Below, piece after piece: positions 32,139-42,127 of a DNA stretch of 64,000 nt (position 1 is its first letter; each line of letters starts with the position of its first letter). A model generated the notes under the pieces. That model had not been told where the DNA came from. It saw only the letters and a list, made by a program, of their open reading frames with translations, and made no database searches. The DNA lies in NCBI GenBank assembly GCA_028708035.1, contig JAQVZU010000002.1:300-64299 (forward strand), given 5' to 3'. Source of the DNA: Alphaproteobacteria bacterium (GTDB lineage Bacteria; Pseudomonadota; Alphaproteobacteria; UBA9219). The position numbers were made by a program, and so were the translations under genes.

Positions 32139-32954
32139 ATGGCCTATCACATTCATCTCGTTTCGGACTCTACTGGAGAAACCATTGAAGCCGTTGCCAG
32201 AGCTTGTCTTGCGCAGTTTGAAGAAGTGGGAGTTAAAAAGCACTACTGGAGTCTCATCAGATCTGAACGATTGATGAAAATGGTTCTCGAAGGAATTCAG
32301 GATAATTACGGCCTTGTCCTCTATACTTTCGTCGACAAGGATCTCAGATTTATGCTTGAGACCTATTGCCATGAGCACGAAGTTCCGTGCATTTCGATTT
32401 TACGACCGGTTTTAAGGGGATTGATTTCCCTTTTTGGCAAACAACCTGCCCATAATCCGGGAAGGCAGCATACGCTAGACGAAAAATATTTTGATCGTAT
32501 CGATGCGATGGATTTTGCAATCGCTCAAGACGATGGCCATGGAGAGCAGAAGCTTGCCGATTCTGACGTTATCGTTATAGGGGTTTCGAGAACATCCAAA
32601 ACGCCGACATGCATGTATTTGGCGGGTCGAGGCATACGCGCAGCAAATGTTCCGTTTGTTCCGGGGCGCGCAATGCCGGATTTTGAGGATATGACGAAGC
32701 CGCTGATCGTCGGTCTTACAAAAGATGTGGATAACCTGATCGCAATTCGCCGAAACCGGCTCAAGATGCTTAAGGAAGACCGTGAAACGGCCTACACGGA
32801 TCCAGAAATAGTGCGAGAGGAGTTGCAGGAAGCGCGTCGTTACTTTGCGCGACTGGGGTGTCCAGTCATCGACGTGTCGCGCCGGTCCATAGAAGAAACG
32901 GCGGCTGAGATCATGATGCTTTTGTCACGTAAAAAAGAGGTCCACGAGAATTAG
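32139..32954 (+). CDS. DUF299 kinase/pyrophosphorylase (PEP synthetase / PPDK regulatory protein family, PpsR/PDRP)
   Basis: N-terminal MAYHIHLVSDSTGETIE and a P-loop-like GVSRTSKTPT. The ORF track starts earlier, at 32076. Confidence 0.8.
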   Translation: MAYHIHLVSDSTGETIEAVARACLAQFEEVGVKKHYWSLIRSERLMKMVLEGIQDNYGLVLYTFVDKDLRFMLETYCHEHEVPCISILRPVLRGLISLFGKQPAHNPGRQHTLDEKYFDRIDAMDFAIAQDDGHGEQKLADSDVIVIGVSRTSKTPTCMYLAGRGIRAANVPFVPGRAMPDFEDMTKPLIVGLTKDVDNLIAIRRNRLKMLKEDRETAYTDPEIVREELQEARRYFARLGCPVIDVSRRSIEETAAEIMMLLSRKKEVHEN

Positions 32955-33046
32955 GATACGCAACGCATTTTATGAGAATAAGGGGTTGGCATTTAATGGC
33001 GTTTGAGTTAAGAAGTGCTTAACTTCGCTTCCGTTCAAGACCCATT

Positions 33047-33949
33047 ATGCCTGTTCGTCGTTCATCCTCCTTCAGATGGTATTCTTCCACGGACGTTCTA
33101 TCATGGCGTGGAGCATCACGAAGACTTTCGCCGGCGTTGTTTGTCGGCGCCGCAGTTTTCCTGATGATTTTATCGCGCGTTCAACCCGAAGCCGTTTCTT
33201 CCATGCGTGCGTCTACAGTAGATGTATTGACGCCATTGCTTGACGTTCTCTCAAGACCCGCCCAAGCAGTTCGGGATGTTGCCACATCCATGCGAGACAT
33301 CGTCTTGTTGCGAGCAGACAACGCGAAACTGCGTGAAGAAAACGCGCATATGATCGAATGGCAAAATGCCGTCGCTATACTCGAAAAAGAGAACCGCGAA
33401 TTGCGCGCTCTTCTGAACTTTAAAACCGAACCTCGCTCTTCTTATATATCAGCGCGGGTTATTGCAGACACCGGCAACGCATACAATCGCGGATTGATTA
33501 TCACGGCGGGCAAAGCCGACGGAGTAAGCGAAGGTATGGCGGCAATGACGGGTGAAGGTTTGATCGGTCGTGTGATTGAGGTTGGTGAATGGTCGTCGCG
33601 CGTATGGCTAATTTCCGATCTGAACTCTCGCATCCCTGTGACAATTGCAGAGACGGGAGATCGAGCCATTCTCGCAGGAGACAATACGACGCAGCCGAAA
33701 CTCCTCTTTTTGGCACGTGGCGCATCGATTCCAGAAGGCGCACACATAATTACTTCCGGTCATGGCGGAATTTTTCCACCTAATCTTCCCATTGGGACTA
33801 TTAAGGAAATTTCTCAAGGAAGTTATACTGTTATTCCAACTGCGGATCTTGGACGAGTTACCTATGTGCGCCTTGTTGATTTTGGGCTTGAGGGCAGGGC
33901 GTTAAATCGCATTGAAAGCAAGCTCAGGGCTGAAAGTAAAAATAAGTAA
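33047..33949 (+). CDS. mreC: Rod shape-determining protein MreC
   Basis: N-terminal TM segment, coiled coil (LRADNAKLREENAHM...LEKENRELRALL) and C-terminal beta domains. Followed by mreD and mrdA. Confidence 0.8.
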   Translation: MPVRRSSSFRWYSSTDVLSWRGASRRLSPALFVGAAVFLMILSRVQPEAVSSMRASTVDVLTPLLDVLSRPAQAVRDVATSMRDIVLLRADNAKLREENAHMIEWQNAVAILEKENRELRALLNFKTEPRSSYISARVIADTGNAYNRGLIITAGKADGVSEGMAAMTGEGLIGRVIEVGEWSSRVWLISDLNSRIPVTIAETGDRAILAGDNTTQPKLLFLARGASIPEGAHIITSGHGGIFPPNLPIGTIKEISQGSYTVIPTADLGRVTYVRLVDFGLEGRALNRIESKLRAESKNK

Positions 33950-34464
33950 TGGAAGCCTTGTGGCAACGCCTTGATTTATGGTTGAGAGCGGCGCTGCCTT
34001 TAGCATCGACGCTCTTTATGACGTTGCTCGGCTCAGGGGCATGGCCGATCCCGTATCTTGGAACCGTCATGCCGCCGCTGGCATTTATCGCTTTGTTCTA
34101 TTGGTCAGCACACAGACCTGATCTTTTTTCTCCCTCCGCCGCGTTTGGTATCGGGATACTGAACGATCTGGTTGGCGGAGGGGCAATGCTAGGGACCTCA
34201 GCTTTATTGTTCACAGTCGCCCACCAAATTATCTTTCAGCAAAGAAGCGTTTTTGCGGGGCGTTCGTTTTTGATGCTGTGGACGGGATATTGTATTGCGG
34301 CAACGGTCCTGATGCTACTGCAATGGACGATGCAGGGATTCCTTGAGTGGCGATTTGTTCCGATCCTTCCTGTCCTGACGCAAGCGGTCTTGGGCATTGT
34401 TCTCTTTCCGCTTCCCTGCTGGATTTTGATCCGGCTTCAACGATTTACGGCGAGCCCGAGCTGA
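33949..34464 (+). CDS. mreD: Rod shape-determining protein MreD
   Basis: 171-aa polytopic membrane protein lying between mreC and mrdA. Confidence 0.7.
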   Translation: MEALWQRLDLWLRAALPLASTLFMTLLGSGAWPIPYLGTVMPPLAFIALFYWSAHRPDLFSPSAAFGIGILNDLVGGGAMLGTSALLFTVAHQIIFQQRSVFAGRSFLMLWTGYCIAATVLMLLQWTMQGFLEWRFVPILPVLTQAVLGIVLFPLPCWILIRLQRFTASPS

Positions 34465-36323
34465 TGGCCGGTAATACCGAAAAGTCCCGTATTTTTACGC
34501 GCCGCGCCATACTGTTGGGCGGCGCGAAAGCCGCACTGTTTTCTTTGCTTGCCGGACGACTTTATTATTTACAGGTTATCGAGGGCAGTGATTATCGAAA
34601 AATGGCGGAAGAAAACCGCATTAATCTGCGCGTTATTGCACCGCCGCGAGGCCGTATTCTTGACCGCTTCGGTGTCCCGCTTGCGCTTAACGACCAAACA
34701 TTTCGCGTGGTTCTGTTGCCGGAACAGGTCGCCGAACTGAAGCCGCTTTTGGAAAAGCTTGGGGCCTATATCTCGATTGACGAAATGGATAGAAAACGCA
34801 TTGAACGCGACATGAGAGAGCGCAATGGATTTAACGCGATCATCGTTCGCGATAACCTGACGCGCGATCAAATGGACATAGTAGCTGTTCATACGCCTGA
34901 ACTCATAGGCATCGACATTGATGCGGGCGAAGTTCGATCCTATCCGTACGGAGAAACCACCGCGCATATTCTCGGCTACGTGGGCATCGCATCGAAAAAC
35001 GAGCTCGATAATGCCGAGGATGGCGAGAGCGATATTCTTGCCATGCCAGGCTTCCGCGTAGGAAAAAACGGCGTCGAAAAACGGTATGAAAAAGAAATGC
35101 GTGGGCGAGCAGGGAACGTCGAAATGGAAGTCAACGCCCATGGCCGGGTGGTGCGCGAACTTATGCGCCACGACCCCGTGCCGGGGCAGGATTTGTCTCT
35201 TACGATCGACATCGGGCTCCAGCAATTTGCCCAACAACGGTTGGCGAGCGAGGAAAGCGCATCGGCGGTCTTGATGGACATTTATACGGGCGAAGTTTTG
35301 GTGCTTGTGTCCCAACCGAGCTTCGATCCAAATCTCTTTACGTATGGAATCAGCAGAGAAGACTGGGATGCGCTTAATAAAGATATTCGTACGCCGTTAT
35401 TGAATAAAGCGATAGGCGGCGTTTATGCGCCGGGCTCGACCTTTAAGCCAATAACAGCCTTGGCTGGGTTGGAAGCAGGAATTGTTGATCCGAAGGCTCG
35501 CGTCAATTGTCCAGGCTACTATGAATTAGGTGAACACAAATTCCACTGCTGGAAAAAAGGCGGACATGGTTCCGTTAACATGGTCGAAGCGTTTGCGGGA
35601 TCGTGCGACACATATTTCTATGATCTAGGGAAGCGGGTAGGCATCGACAGAATTCAGGCTATGGCGAAACGCTTCGGCCTTGGAAGCAAGCTAAATATAG
35701 ACCTTCCTCACGAAAGAAGCGGTTTTGTGCCTAACCGGGCATGGAAGAAAAACAACAAACATCAGGAGTGGCAGCAGGGCGAAACGCTTGTCGCCGCGAT
35801 TGGGCAGGGCTTTCTCCTGACATCGCCTCTTCAATTAGCCGTTATGGCGGCAAGGATTGCAAACAATGGTTTCGCGGTTACGCCTCACGTGGCGCAAAAA
35901 ATAGGCGACAAAGTCGTGGCTTCGAAAGAGTGGGCATCAATGGGGCTGGATCCCGCAAACCTTGAAATAGTCCGCGAAGGCATGAATTCGGTGGTCAACG
36001 AACAGACTGGAACCGCCTATGCCGTAAGGATTGAAGAGGAAGAGATGGAAATGGCGGGGAAAACAGGTTCCGCCCAAGTCCGGCATATAAGCGAAGCGGA
36101 ACGTCTTGAAGGCGTCAGGAAAAACGAAAACCTTCCGTGGAACGAACGGGATCATGCCTTGTTCATAGGCTACGCACCTGTTTCAGCGCCGCGTTACGCC
36201 ATAGCCGTGGTTGTTGAACACGGCGGCAGCGGTGCGCATGATGCCGCGCCAATCGCGCGCGATATTCTCAAGAAATGTCAGGAAAGACGAAACAGGGAAA
36301 ACGCGAGCGCGCCATCGACATGA
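34464..36323 (+). CDS. mrdA: Penicillin-binding protein 2 (peptidoglycan D,D-transpeptidase MrdA)
   Basis: Carries the transpeptidase motifs STFK, SCD and KTG. Start taken at MAGNTEKSRIF (TGATG overlap with the mreD stop). The ORF track starts at 34347. Confidence 0.85.
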   Translation: MAGNTEKSRIFTRRAILLGGAKAALFSLLAGRLYYLQVIEGSDYRKMAEENRINLRVIAPPRGRILDRFGVPLALNDQTFRVVLLPEQVAELKPLLEKLGAYISIDEMDRKRIERDMRERNGFNAIIVRDNLTRDQMDIVAVHTPELIGIDIDAGEVRSYPYGETTAHILGYVGIASKNELDNAEDGESDILAMPGFRVGKNGVEKRYEKEMRGRAGNVEMEVNAHGRVVRELMRHDPVPGQDLSLTIDIGLQQFAQQRLASEESASAVLMDIYTGEVLVLVSQPSFDPNLFTYGISREDWDALNKDIRTPLLNKAIGGVYAPGSTFKPITALAGLEAGIVDPKARVNCPGYYELGEHKFHCWKKGGHGSVNMVEAFAGSCDTYFYDLGKRVGIDRIQAMAKRFGLGSKLNIDLPHERSGFVPNRAWKKNNKHQEWQQGETLVAAIGQGFLLTSPLQLAVMAARIANNGFAVTPHVAQKIGDKVVASKEWASMGLDPANLEIVREGMNSVVNEQTGTAYAVRIEEEEMEMAGKTGSAQVRHISEAERLEGVRKNENLPWNERDHALFIGYAPVSAPRYAIAVVVEHGGSGAHDAAPIARDILKKCQERRNRENASAPST

Positions 36324-36678
36324 AAGTCGGGTGCCGGAGCGGATTTCCATTTGCACGAAATCAAGCTCCGGCGACCAACGCCTAAGGCGGGAGCGGAAGG
36401 TCCGCGCTCCCTGCCTTCTCTCTACTCTAGGCCGATCAAAACTAGTCGAAAGCCAGAGCCAAAGTCAATCCGTTGTTCACGAAACGTTCCTAAAGAATAT
36501 AGACTTTTTATGTTGCAAAAAAAGACTTGTGAACAGCACAACATATTGATTTTTAAAGCATTTTAACCATGTTACGGCAGGTTAACGTTAAGATTTTTTG
36601 TCGACGCAATTAGCGTAAGGACACCCATCTTTTTGCTTGACGGTTAAAAACGCCCACCAGTTCTTAACCGCCGTTTCT

Positions 36679-37995
36679 CTACAAAATGAACTTCGACAGA
36701 TCTATGTTTTTGGCAAAATCGCTCAAGCGATCTCTGACATACGCTCCGTCAATGACGATAGTCTCCCCCGGCTTTTCGCTGGCGTCGAAGCTGATGTCTT
36801 CAAGAAGCTTTTCCAGCAAAGTGTGCAAGCGCCGCGCTCCGATGTTTTCGACGCTGTTGTTTACCTCGGCCGCAAGCCGCGCAATTTCATCTAAGGCATC
36901 GTCCGCAAATTCCAACGATACCTTTTCGGTCTCCATTAATGCCTTATACTGCTTGATGAGACTTGCTTCCGGCTCGGTCAGGATGCGCTTAAAGTCCTCG
37001 CGCGACAAAGGCTTGAGTTCAACGCGAATAGGCAACCGACCTTGAAGTTCCGGAAGTAGATCCGATGGCTTAGCCATATGAAAGGCGCCGGATGCGATAA
37101 ACAGGATGTAATCTGTCCGAACGGCTCCGTATTTCGTGGATACAGCAGTTCCTTCGATCAGCGGAAGGAGATCGCGTTGGACGCCTTCCCGACTTACATC
37201 GCCGCCGCCACGATAGGCGTCCGACCGCGCCGCGATCTTGTCTATCTCATCCAGAAAGACGATACCGTTTTGTTCGACCTCTTCAATGGCGATTTCGACA
37301 ACCTTGTCAGTATCTAAAAGCTTTTCAGCCTCTTCGTCGTGAAGGACTTTCAATGCCTCCGAAACGGACATCTTTCTGGTCTTTGTTCGCGCAGCGCCCA
37401 TTTTGCTAAAAACATCTCCAAGATTAATCATGCCCATCTGCGCGCCCGGCATTCCAGGTACATCGAACATCGGAAGCCCCTGTGCGCTTTGGTCCTGAAC
37501 CTGAATCTCGATTTCCTTATCGTTCAGCTCTCCGTTTTCAAGCATGTGCCTGAACTTGGTTCGCGTTTCGGGAGTCGCGCTTTCACCGACAAGGGCGTCG
37601 AGTGCCCGTTCTTGAGCCGCCTTTTCAGCGCGAGCATCGACCTCTTTGGCCATGCGCGCCCGAACCATCTTGATCGCCACGTCTAAAAGATCTCGAATAA
37701 TCTGCTCTACGTCGCGTCCAACATAACCGACTTCTGTAAACTTCGTCGCTTCGACTTTATAGAACGGCGCTTGCGCAAGTCGTGCCAACCGGCGAGCAAT
37801 TTCCGTTTTGCCGACTCCCGTGGGGCCGATCATCAAAATATTCTTTGGAACGACTTCCTCGCGCAAACCTTCGGGCAGTTGCTGCCTGCGCCAGCGATTG
37901 CGCAAGGCAATGGCGACGGCGCGTTTAGCCTCGTGCTGGCCAACGATGAAGCGATCAAGTTCCGCAGTAATTTCCTTGGGTGAAAGAGTTGTCAT
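36679..37995 (-). CDS. hslU: ATP-dependent protease ATPase subunit HslU
   Basis: Conserved N-terminus LTPKEI...[25 protein letters not shown] and Walker [16 protein letters not shown]. Confidence 0.9.
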   Translation of the reverse strand: MTTLSPKEITAELDRFIVGQHEAKRAVAIALRNRWRRQQLPEGLREEVVPKNILMIGPTGVGKTEIARRLARLAQAPFYKVEATKFTEVGYVGRDVEQIIRDLLDVAIKMVRARMAKEVDARAEKAAQERALDALVGESATPETRTKFRHMLENGELNDKEIEIQVQDQSAQGLPMFDVPGMPGAQMGMINLGDVFSKMGAARTKTRKMSVSEALKVLHDEEAEKLLDTDKVVEIAIEEVEQNGIVFLDEIDKIAARSDAYRGGGDVSREGVQRDLLPLIEGTAVSTKYGAVRTDYILFIASGAFHMAKPSDLLPELQGRLPIRVELKPLSREDFKRILTEPEASLIKQYKALMETEKVSLEFADDALDEIARLAAEVNNSVENIGARRLHTLLEKLLEDISFDASEKPGETIVIDGAYVRDRLSDFAKNIDLSKFIL

Positions 37996-38558
37996 TGAAT
38001 ATCTATGCTCTCCAAAGTGACGTTAGTGTTTGTGTAAACGCAAATACCGGCTGCGATGTCCAAAGCCTTGCGCGCAATCGTCTCGGCGTTCATCGAGTCC
38101 AGCGGATAAAGGGCGCGCGCCGCCGCAAGAGCATACGCGCCTCCGGACCCGATCCCGATAAGCCCATCCTCCGGCTCCAAAACATCGCCGTTACCCGAAA
38201 GAATAAGGCTTGTCTGTGCATCGGCCACCGCCATCATCGCTTCAAGATGCCGCAAATACCTGTCTGTGCGCCAATCCTTGGCCAATTCGACGCAGGCGCG
38301 CATAAGCTGTCCCGGGTGCTTTTCAAGTTTCCCTTCTAAACGTTCGAACAGCGCAAAAGCGTCGGCGGTTGCTCCGGCAAACCCCGCAATTACGGACTCG
38401 GCCCCCCCGGATTTAAGCCGTCTGACTTTTCGCGCGTTGCCTTTGACAATAGTATTGCCCATCGAAACTTGCCCGTCGCCAGCGACGACAACTTTGTTTT
38501 CCTTGCGAACGGCAATAATAGTCGTGCCGTGCCAGAGTGAAGGAGATGAATTGTTCAT
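37992..38558 (-). CDS. hslV: ATP-dependent protease subunit HslV
   Basis: N-terminal [10 protein letters not shown]..., the HslV threonine protease signature. Confidence 0.9.
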   Translation of the reverse strand: MNNSSPSLWHGTTIIAVRKENKVVVAGDGQVSMGNTIVKGNARKVRRLKSGGAESVIAGFAGATADAFALFERLEGKLEKHPGQLMRACVELAKDWRTDRYLRHLEAMMAVADAQTSLILSGNGDVLEPEDGLIGIGSGGAYALAAARALYPLDSMNAETIARKALDIAAGICVYTNTNVTLESIDIQ

Positions 38559-38747
38559 GAGATATCTGAGTTAGGGTTAATCAATACCAGCACAAAAGAA
38601 GATAAGAAATTTTTTCCATCAAACAAGGGGGCGCCTATGGAACCATTTGTATCCCTTTGGCAACAACAAACTTTGACTTAGCCCGAAGTGGATAATGAGT
38701 GCATTGATGATAAAAAGGGAAAAGGATAATATACCCGAATCAAAAAT

Positions 38748-39128
38748 ATGGGGGCTGCTTTGCAACAAAGCGTTGAAATTGCACCGTGGGCCGTGACTGA
38801 GCCTGAGATCATGGATGCGGACCGGTATCTGACGGGAGCCAATGCGCCTGAGTTCGAAGAAGATATTTCTCTTTGCATTCAAAGTGGCGCTCGCTCGATG
38901 ATCCTTGATTGCAGCCGCCTAACCTATATGACGTGCGCAGGAATGAGAGTGTTTTTTAGTATCGCTCATAAAATGAATGCGTGCGGAGGGACTGTTTTTA
39001 TAAAAGGCCTCAAAGGACAACCTCGCCACATTTATTTTTCATGCGGCATGGACGTCATCGTTCCTCTTGTCAAGGAAGAGCGCCGTTCTCCCGCCATACG
39101 TTCTTGCTCATCCGCGCCTAATCGTTAA
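38748..39128 (+). CDS. Possible STAS-domain protein (anti-sigma-factor antagonist-like)
   Basis: The pattern SMILDCSRLTYMTCAGMRVFFSIAHKMNACGGTVFIKGLKGQPRHIYFSCGMDVIVPL resembles a SpoIIAA-like fold. This is a weak call. Confidence 0.4.
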   Translation: MGAALQQSVEIAPWAVTEPEIMDADRYLTGANAPEFEEDISLCIQSGARSMILDCSRLTYMTCAGMRVFFSIAHKMNACGGTVFIKGLKGQPRHIYFSCGMDVIVPLVKEERRSPAIRSCSSAPNR

Positions 39129-39166
39129 ATCGGAACCTCGACCTGATTTTTAAATAAGGGAGTCCC

Positions 39167-39622
39167 ATGTCTTTTGTATCCGTGGCCATTGTTAAGCTAC
39201 CGCACGCTGAAGGCCTTGATCTTCCAGCTTACGCGACCGAGCACTCGGCGGGCATGGACATTTATGCTGCCGTCAAGGAAGACGTTATCCTTGCCCCCGG
39301 CGAGCGCAAGCTCATTCCGACCGGCTTGTCGATTGCGCTTCCCGAAGGTTACGAAGCGCAAGTTCGCCCTCGTTCGGGCTTGGCGTTAAAGAACGGCATC
39401 GCCGTTCTTAACAGCCCGGGCACCATCGACGCCGATTATCGCGGCGAAGTGCAGATTATTCTCGCCAACCTCGGAAGCGAAGCCTTTACGATCAAGCGCG
39501 GCATGCGCATCGCTCAAATGGTTATAGCCCCATACAGCAGGGTTTTATGGCAGCAAACCGACAGTCTTTCCGAAACAAAACGCGGATCAGGCGGCTTTGG
39601 GTCTACAGGGACAGGCTCTTAG
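39167..39622 (+). CDS. dut: dUTP diphosphatase
   Basis: dUTPase motifs [25 protein letters not shown] and the C-terminal GGFGSTG are all present. Confidence 0.9.
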   Translation: MSFVSVAIVKLPHAEGLDLPAYATEHSAGMDIYAAVKEDVILAPGERKLIPTGLSIALPEGYEAQVRPRSGLALKNGIAVLNSPGTIDADYRGEVQIILANLGSEAFTIKRGMRIAQMVIAPYSRVLWQQTDSLSETKRGSGGFGSTGTGS

Positions 39623-40107
39623 TCGATGGCGACCACATAGCGCGGCGGATACAAAATATTTCTGGAACTTTTTTTAGGATCATACAAAACAGTCAGCCTT
39701 TTTGGATGCACCTCGCTGCTTGACCGCGTTGCCGTTCGGCCAGAGACTCTCAAGCCGCTTTCGTCATAAAAGTCGTAGGTAAGATTGAGATAACTTTTTC
39801 CGAAAAGATTAAAAGCCTCTTGTTCGCCGACAAGAAGGGCCTGAGTCATTTGACCAGAGGCGACTAAAGCTTTTTCACGATAAAGTCTGTAAAGAAGGAA
39901 AAACCAAAGCGTTCCGAAAAGTGCTGCATATAAAACAAGCGTCGGGGAAACTATTCCGCGTGTTACGTAAATGAACGCTGCCTGAGCCGCGCAAGACAGC
40001 CAAAGGAAAAGGCACGACAAAATTTCCAAATAAGCGGCTCGCCGCAGTTTTGTCTTGCGCGGAACAGATTGCGCCAAAACTTTTGGCGGCAGCCAGTCGG
40101 GGATCAC
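39619..40107 (-). CDS. Hypothetical membrane protein
   Basis: 162-aa ORF with two TM helices ([13 protein letters not shown]..., [17 protein letters not shown]). Its start overlaps the dut stop. Confidence 0.5.
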   Translation of the reverse strand: MIPDWLPPKVLAQSVPRKTKLRRAAYLEILSCLFLWLSCAAQAAFIYVTRGIVSPTLVLYAALFGTLWFFLLYRLYREKALVASGQMTQALLVGEQEAFNLFGKSYLNLTYDFYDESGLRVSGRTATRSSSEVHPKRLTVLYDPKKSSRNILYPPRYVVAID

Positions 40108-40110
40108 GGG

Positions 40111-40965
40111 CTACTTTGCCTTGCTCAGCAACCCGCGAACGGCGTCTTGAATATCGGCTGGAATAATGACGAACTTTCCATTCGTTGTGCCCGACATTTT
40201 CTCAAGCATCTTGATATATTTTTCGCCAAGAAGATAAGCCATAGGTCCATCACGATCGCCAATGGACTCGGCAACTTTCTTAATCGCCTCCGAGGAAGCG
40301 GTTGCAAGCGTCACCTGAGCCTCGGCATCGCGCTTGGCGGATTCCAGCCGGGCATCGGCCTGCAAAATCATCGATTGCTTTTCGCCTTCAGCCTTTGTGA
40401 CCATCGCCTTGCGTTCGCGTTCGGAGGCAGCTTGCATCTCCATGGCTTTCTGCATGGAAGCCGACGGCTTGATGTCTTGAATTTCAACCGATTTCACGGT
40501 TAAGCCCCAGTCCATCACTTCTTCCGCGATGCTCTCGCGCAGCCGGGCTTTAATCTTGTCGCGCGAGGATAAAGCGACATCCAGCTCCATTTCGCCTACG
40601 ATCGATCGCAACGCCGTCATAATCAGGTTACGAATGCCGTCGGCAAAATTGACAATGCCATAAACGGCTTTTACGGGGTTTGTCACTTTTACAAACGCGA
40701 TGGCATTGACGATCAATAACGCATTGTCCTTAGTGATGACTTCCTGCTGCGGCACGTCAAGCATAATGTCCTTGGTAATCACGCGGCTCGACACGCGATC
40801 CAGATAGGGGATCATGAAATTCAACCCCGGAAGAAAAGTGCCAAAATATTTTCCAAGCCGCTCGACCACCCATTCCTCGCCCTGAGGCACAATGCGCACG
40901 CCGCGCATGATGGTGAGAATGGCAAAAGCAACGAGAACAATCGTAAAAAATTGTCCGCCAGTCAT
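40111..40965 (-). CDS. SPFH/band-7 (stomatin-like) protein
   Basis: N-terminal TM segment followed by an SPFH domain (IVPQGEEWVVERLGKY...TKDNALLIVNAIAFVKVTNP) and a coiled-coil tail. Confidence 0.85.
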   Translation of the reverse strand: MTGGQFFTIVLVAFAILTIMRGVRIVPQGEEWVVERLGKYFGTFLPGLNFMIPYLDRVSSRVITKDIMLDVPQQEVITKDNALLIVNAIAFVKVTNPVKAVYGIVNFADGIRNLIMTALRSIVGEMELDVALSSRDKIKARLRESIAEEVMDWGLTVKSVEIQDIKPSASMQKAMEMQAASERERKAMVTKAEGEKQSMILQADARLESAKRDAEAQVTLATASSEAIKKVAESIGDRDGPMAYLLGEKYIKMLEKMSGTTNGKFVIIPADIQDAVRGLLSKAK

Positions 40966-40981
40966 ATTCGGTCTCCTTTGA

Positions 40982-41425
40982 TTAGGCTCGTGTGACTTTC
41001 AAAAGGCTTCCTTCGACGCTGACGACCTTGACGCGGGTGCCCGCCTCAATTTTTTCGTCAGAGATACATTCCCAAACGTCCGACCCGATCAAAGGCGTCT
41101 GAAACCGCACTTTTGCTTTCTTGAAGGGCTCCACATTGTTAACCAGCAATCCCACTTCGCCGATGGCTTCCGCAGACGAGCGTCCCGATGCTGTCTTATG
41201 AACGTGTGGTTTAAATACCTTGAACCATAGAATGACCAGCGCAATGGATGCGGACATCCATAGCAAAAGCTGGGCAATGAAGCTCATATTAGGAAGGGCT
41301 GCCAATAGGATAGCGACAAAAAGCCCCCCCAGGCCGAACCACACCAGAACAAAGGCGGGAACGACTAACTCCGAGGCGACAAGAACTATCCCCAAAACCG
41401 CCCAATGATACCATTCTAAAAGCAT
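40982..41425 (-). CDS. NfeD-family membrane protein (partner of the stomatin-like protein)
   Basis: 147-aa protein with N-terminal TM helices and a C-terminal OB-fold-like segment. It lies upstream of the SPFH gene, as in the ybbJ-ybbK type operon. Confidence 0.75.
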   Translation of the reverse strand: MLLEWYHWAVLGIVLVASELVVPAFVLVWFGLGGLFVAILLAALPNMSFIAQLLLWMSASIALVILWFKVFKPHVHKTASGRSSAEAIGEVGLLVNNVEPFKKAKVRFQTPLIGSDVWECISDEKIEAGTRVKVVSVEGSLLKVTRA

Positions 41426-41618
41426 GATAAAACCATGGCGAGAAGAGCTTAATATTTGATGAAGACCTGATTTTCATCTAAAAGAAGAATCTTCTAGCAA
41501 AAACGTGCTAATTTGTGCATAAAAGCGCACGATTTTGCAAGAGGCAAAACAACCGCAGGCCCACTGGACGACATCCTGGTCCCGGCGGTTTTTCAGAAAA
41601 GCCAAGAAGGAGTACCCG

Positions 41619-41888
41619 ATGTCGACGAAAGCCGAACACAAAAAGGAAATAATCACCAAGCACGCGCGGGCCAAAAACGATACAGGCTCGCCCGAAGTCC
41701 AGATTGCGCTCCTGACCGACCGCATCAACCAGCTGACGGCACACTTTGGAAAGCACGCCAAAGATCATCACTCGCGCCGCGGCCTTTTGATGCTGGTCAG
41801 TAATCGCCGTAGCTTGTTGAATTATCTCAAAAAAAAGAAGCCCGCCGTCTATGAAAAGCTGATCGGCGAGCTTGGCTTGCGCAAGTAA
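41619..41888 (+). CDS. rpsO: 30S ribosomal protein S15
   Basis: [43 protein letters not shown]... matches S15. An AAGGAG Shine-Dalgarno lies 7 nt upstream. The ORF track start is too early. Confidence 0.9.
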   Translation: MSTKAEHKKEIITKHARAKNDTGSPEVQIALLTDRINQLTAHFGKHAKDHHSRRGLLMLVSNRRSLLNYLKKKKPAVYEKLIGELGLRK

Positions 41889-41993
41889 GCCTCCGCATGG
41901 TCCGCGCGACGGTGCCCGTAAAAATGGATAAACATCAGCCAAGGGCGCTGGTTACTCAGGACTTGCATATAAAAGAAAACTATCCCAGATTTC

Positions 41994-42022
41994 GGCGCAG
42001 GAAGGGCTTCCCTTCCGCGCCA
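41994..42022 (+). promoter_or_regulatory. Stable hairpin in the rpsO-pnp leader (candidate RNase III/PNPase autoregulatory site)
   Basis: GCGCAGGAAGGG-CTTC-CCTTCCGCGC stem-loop in the 240-nt rpsO-pnp spacer. Confidence 0.35.
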
Positions 42023-42127
42023 AAAGTTACGTTCATGAAGCAAAGCGCAGCATGAAAGGCCGTCCTGCATAGGGCAGGGCGGGACTCACCGGAAGGCAAG
42101 GCCTTCCATAGAAGAAAGAGGAACAAA

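Noticed and set aside
36470-36520. parS-like sequence GTTCACGAAAC / CTTGTGAACAG in the mrdA-hslU spacer
   Set aside because: It is only a partial match to the TGTTTCACGTGAAACA consensus (3-nt gaps), and it is far from parAB. I could not find a convincing parS by eye anywhere in the window. That absence is not conclusive without a scan.
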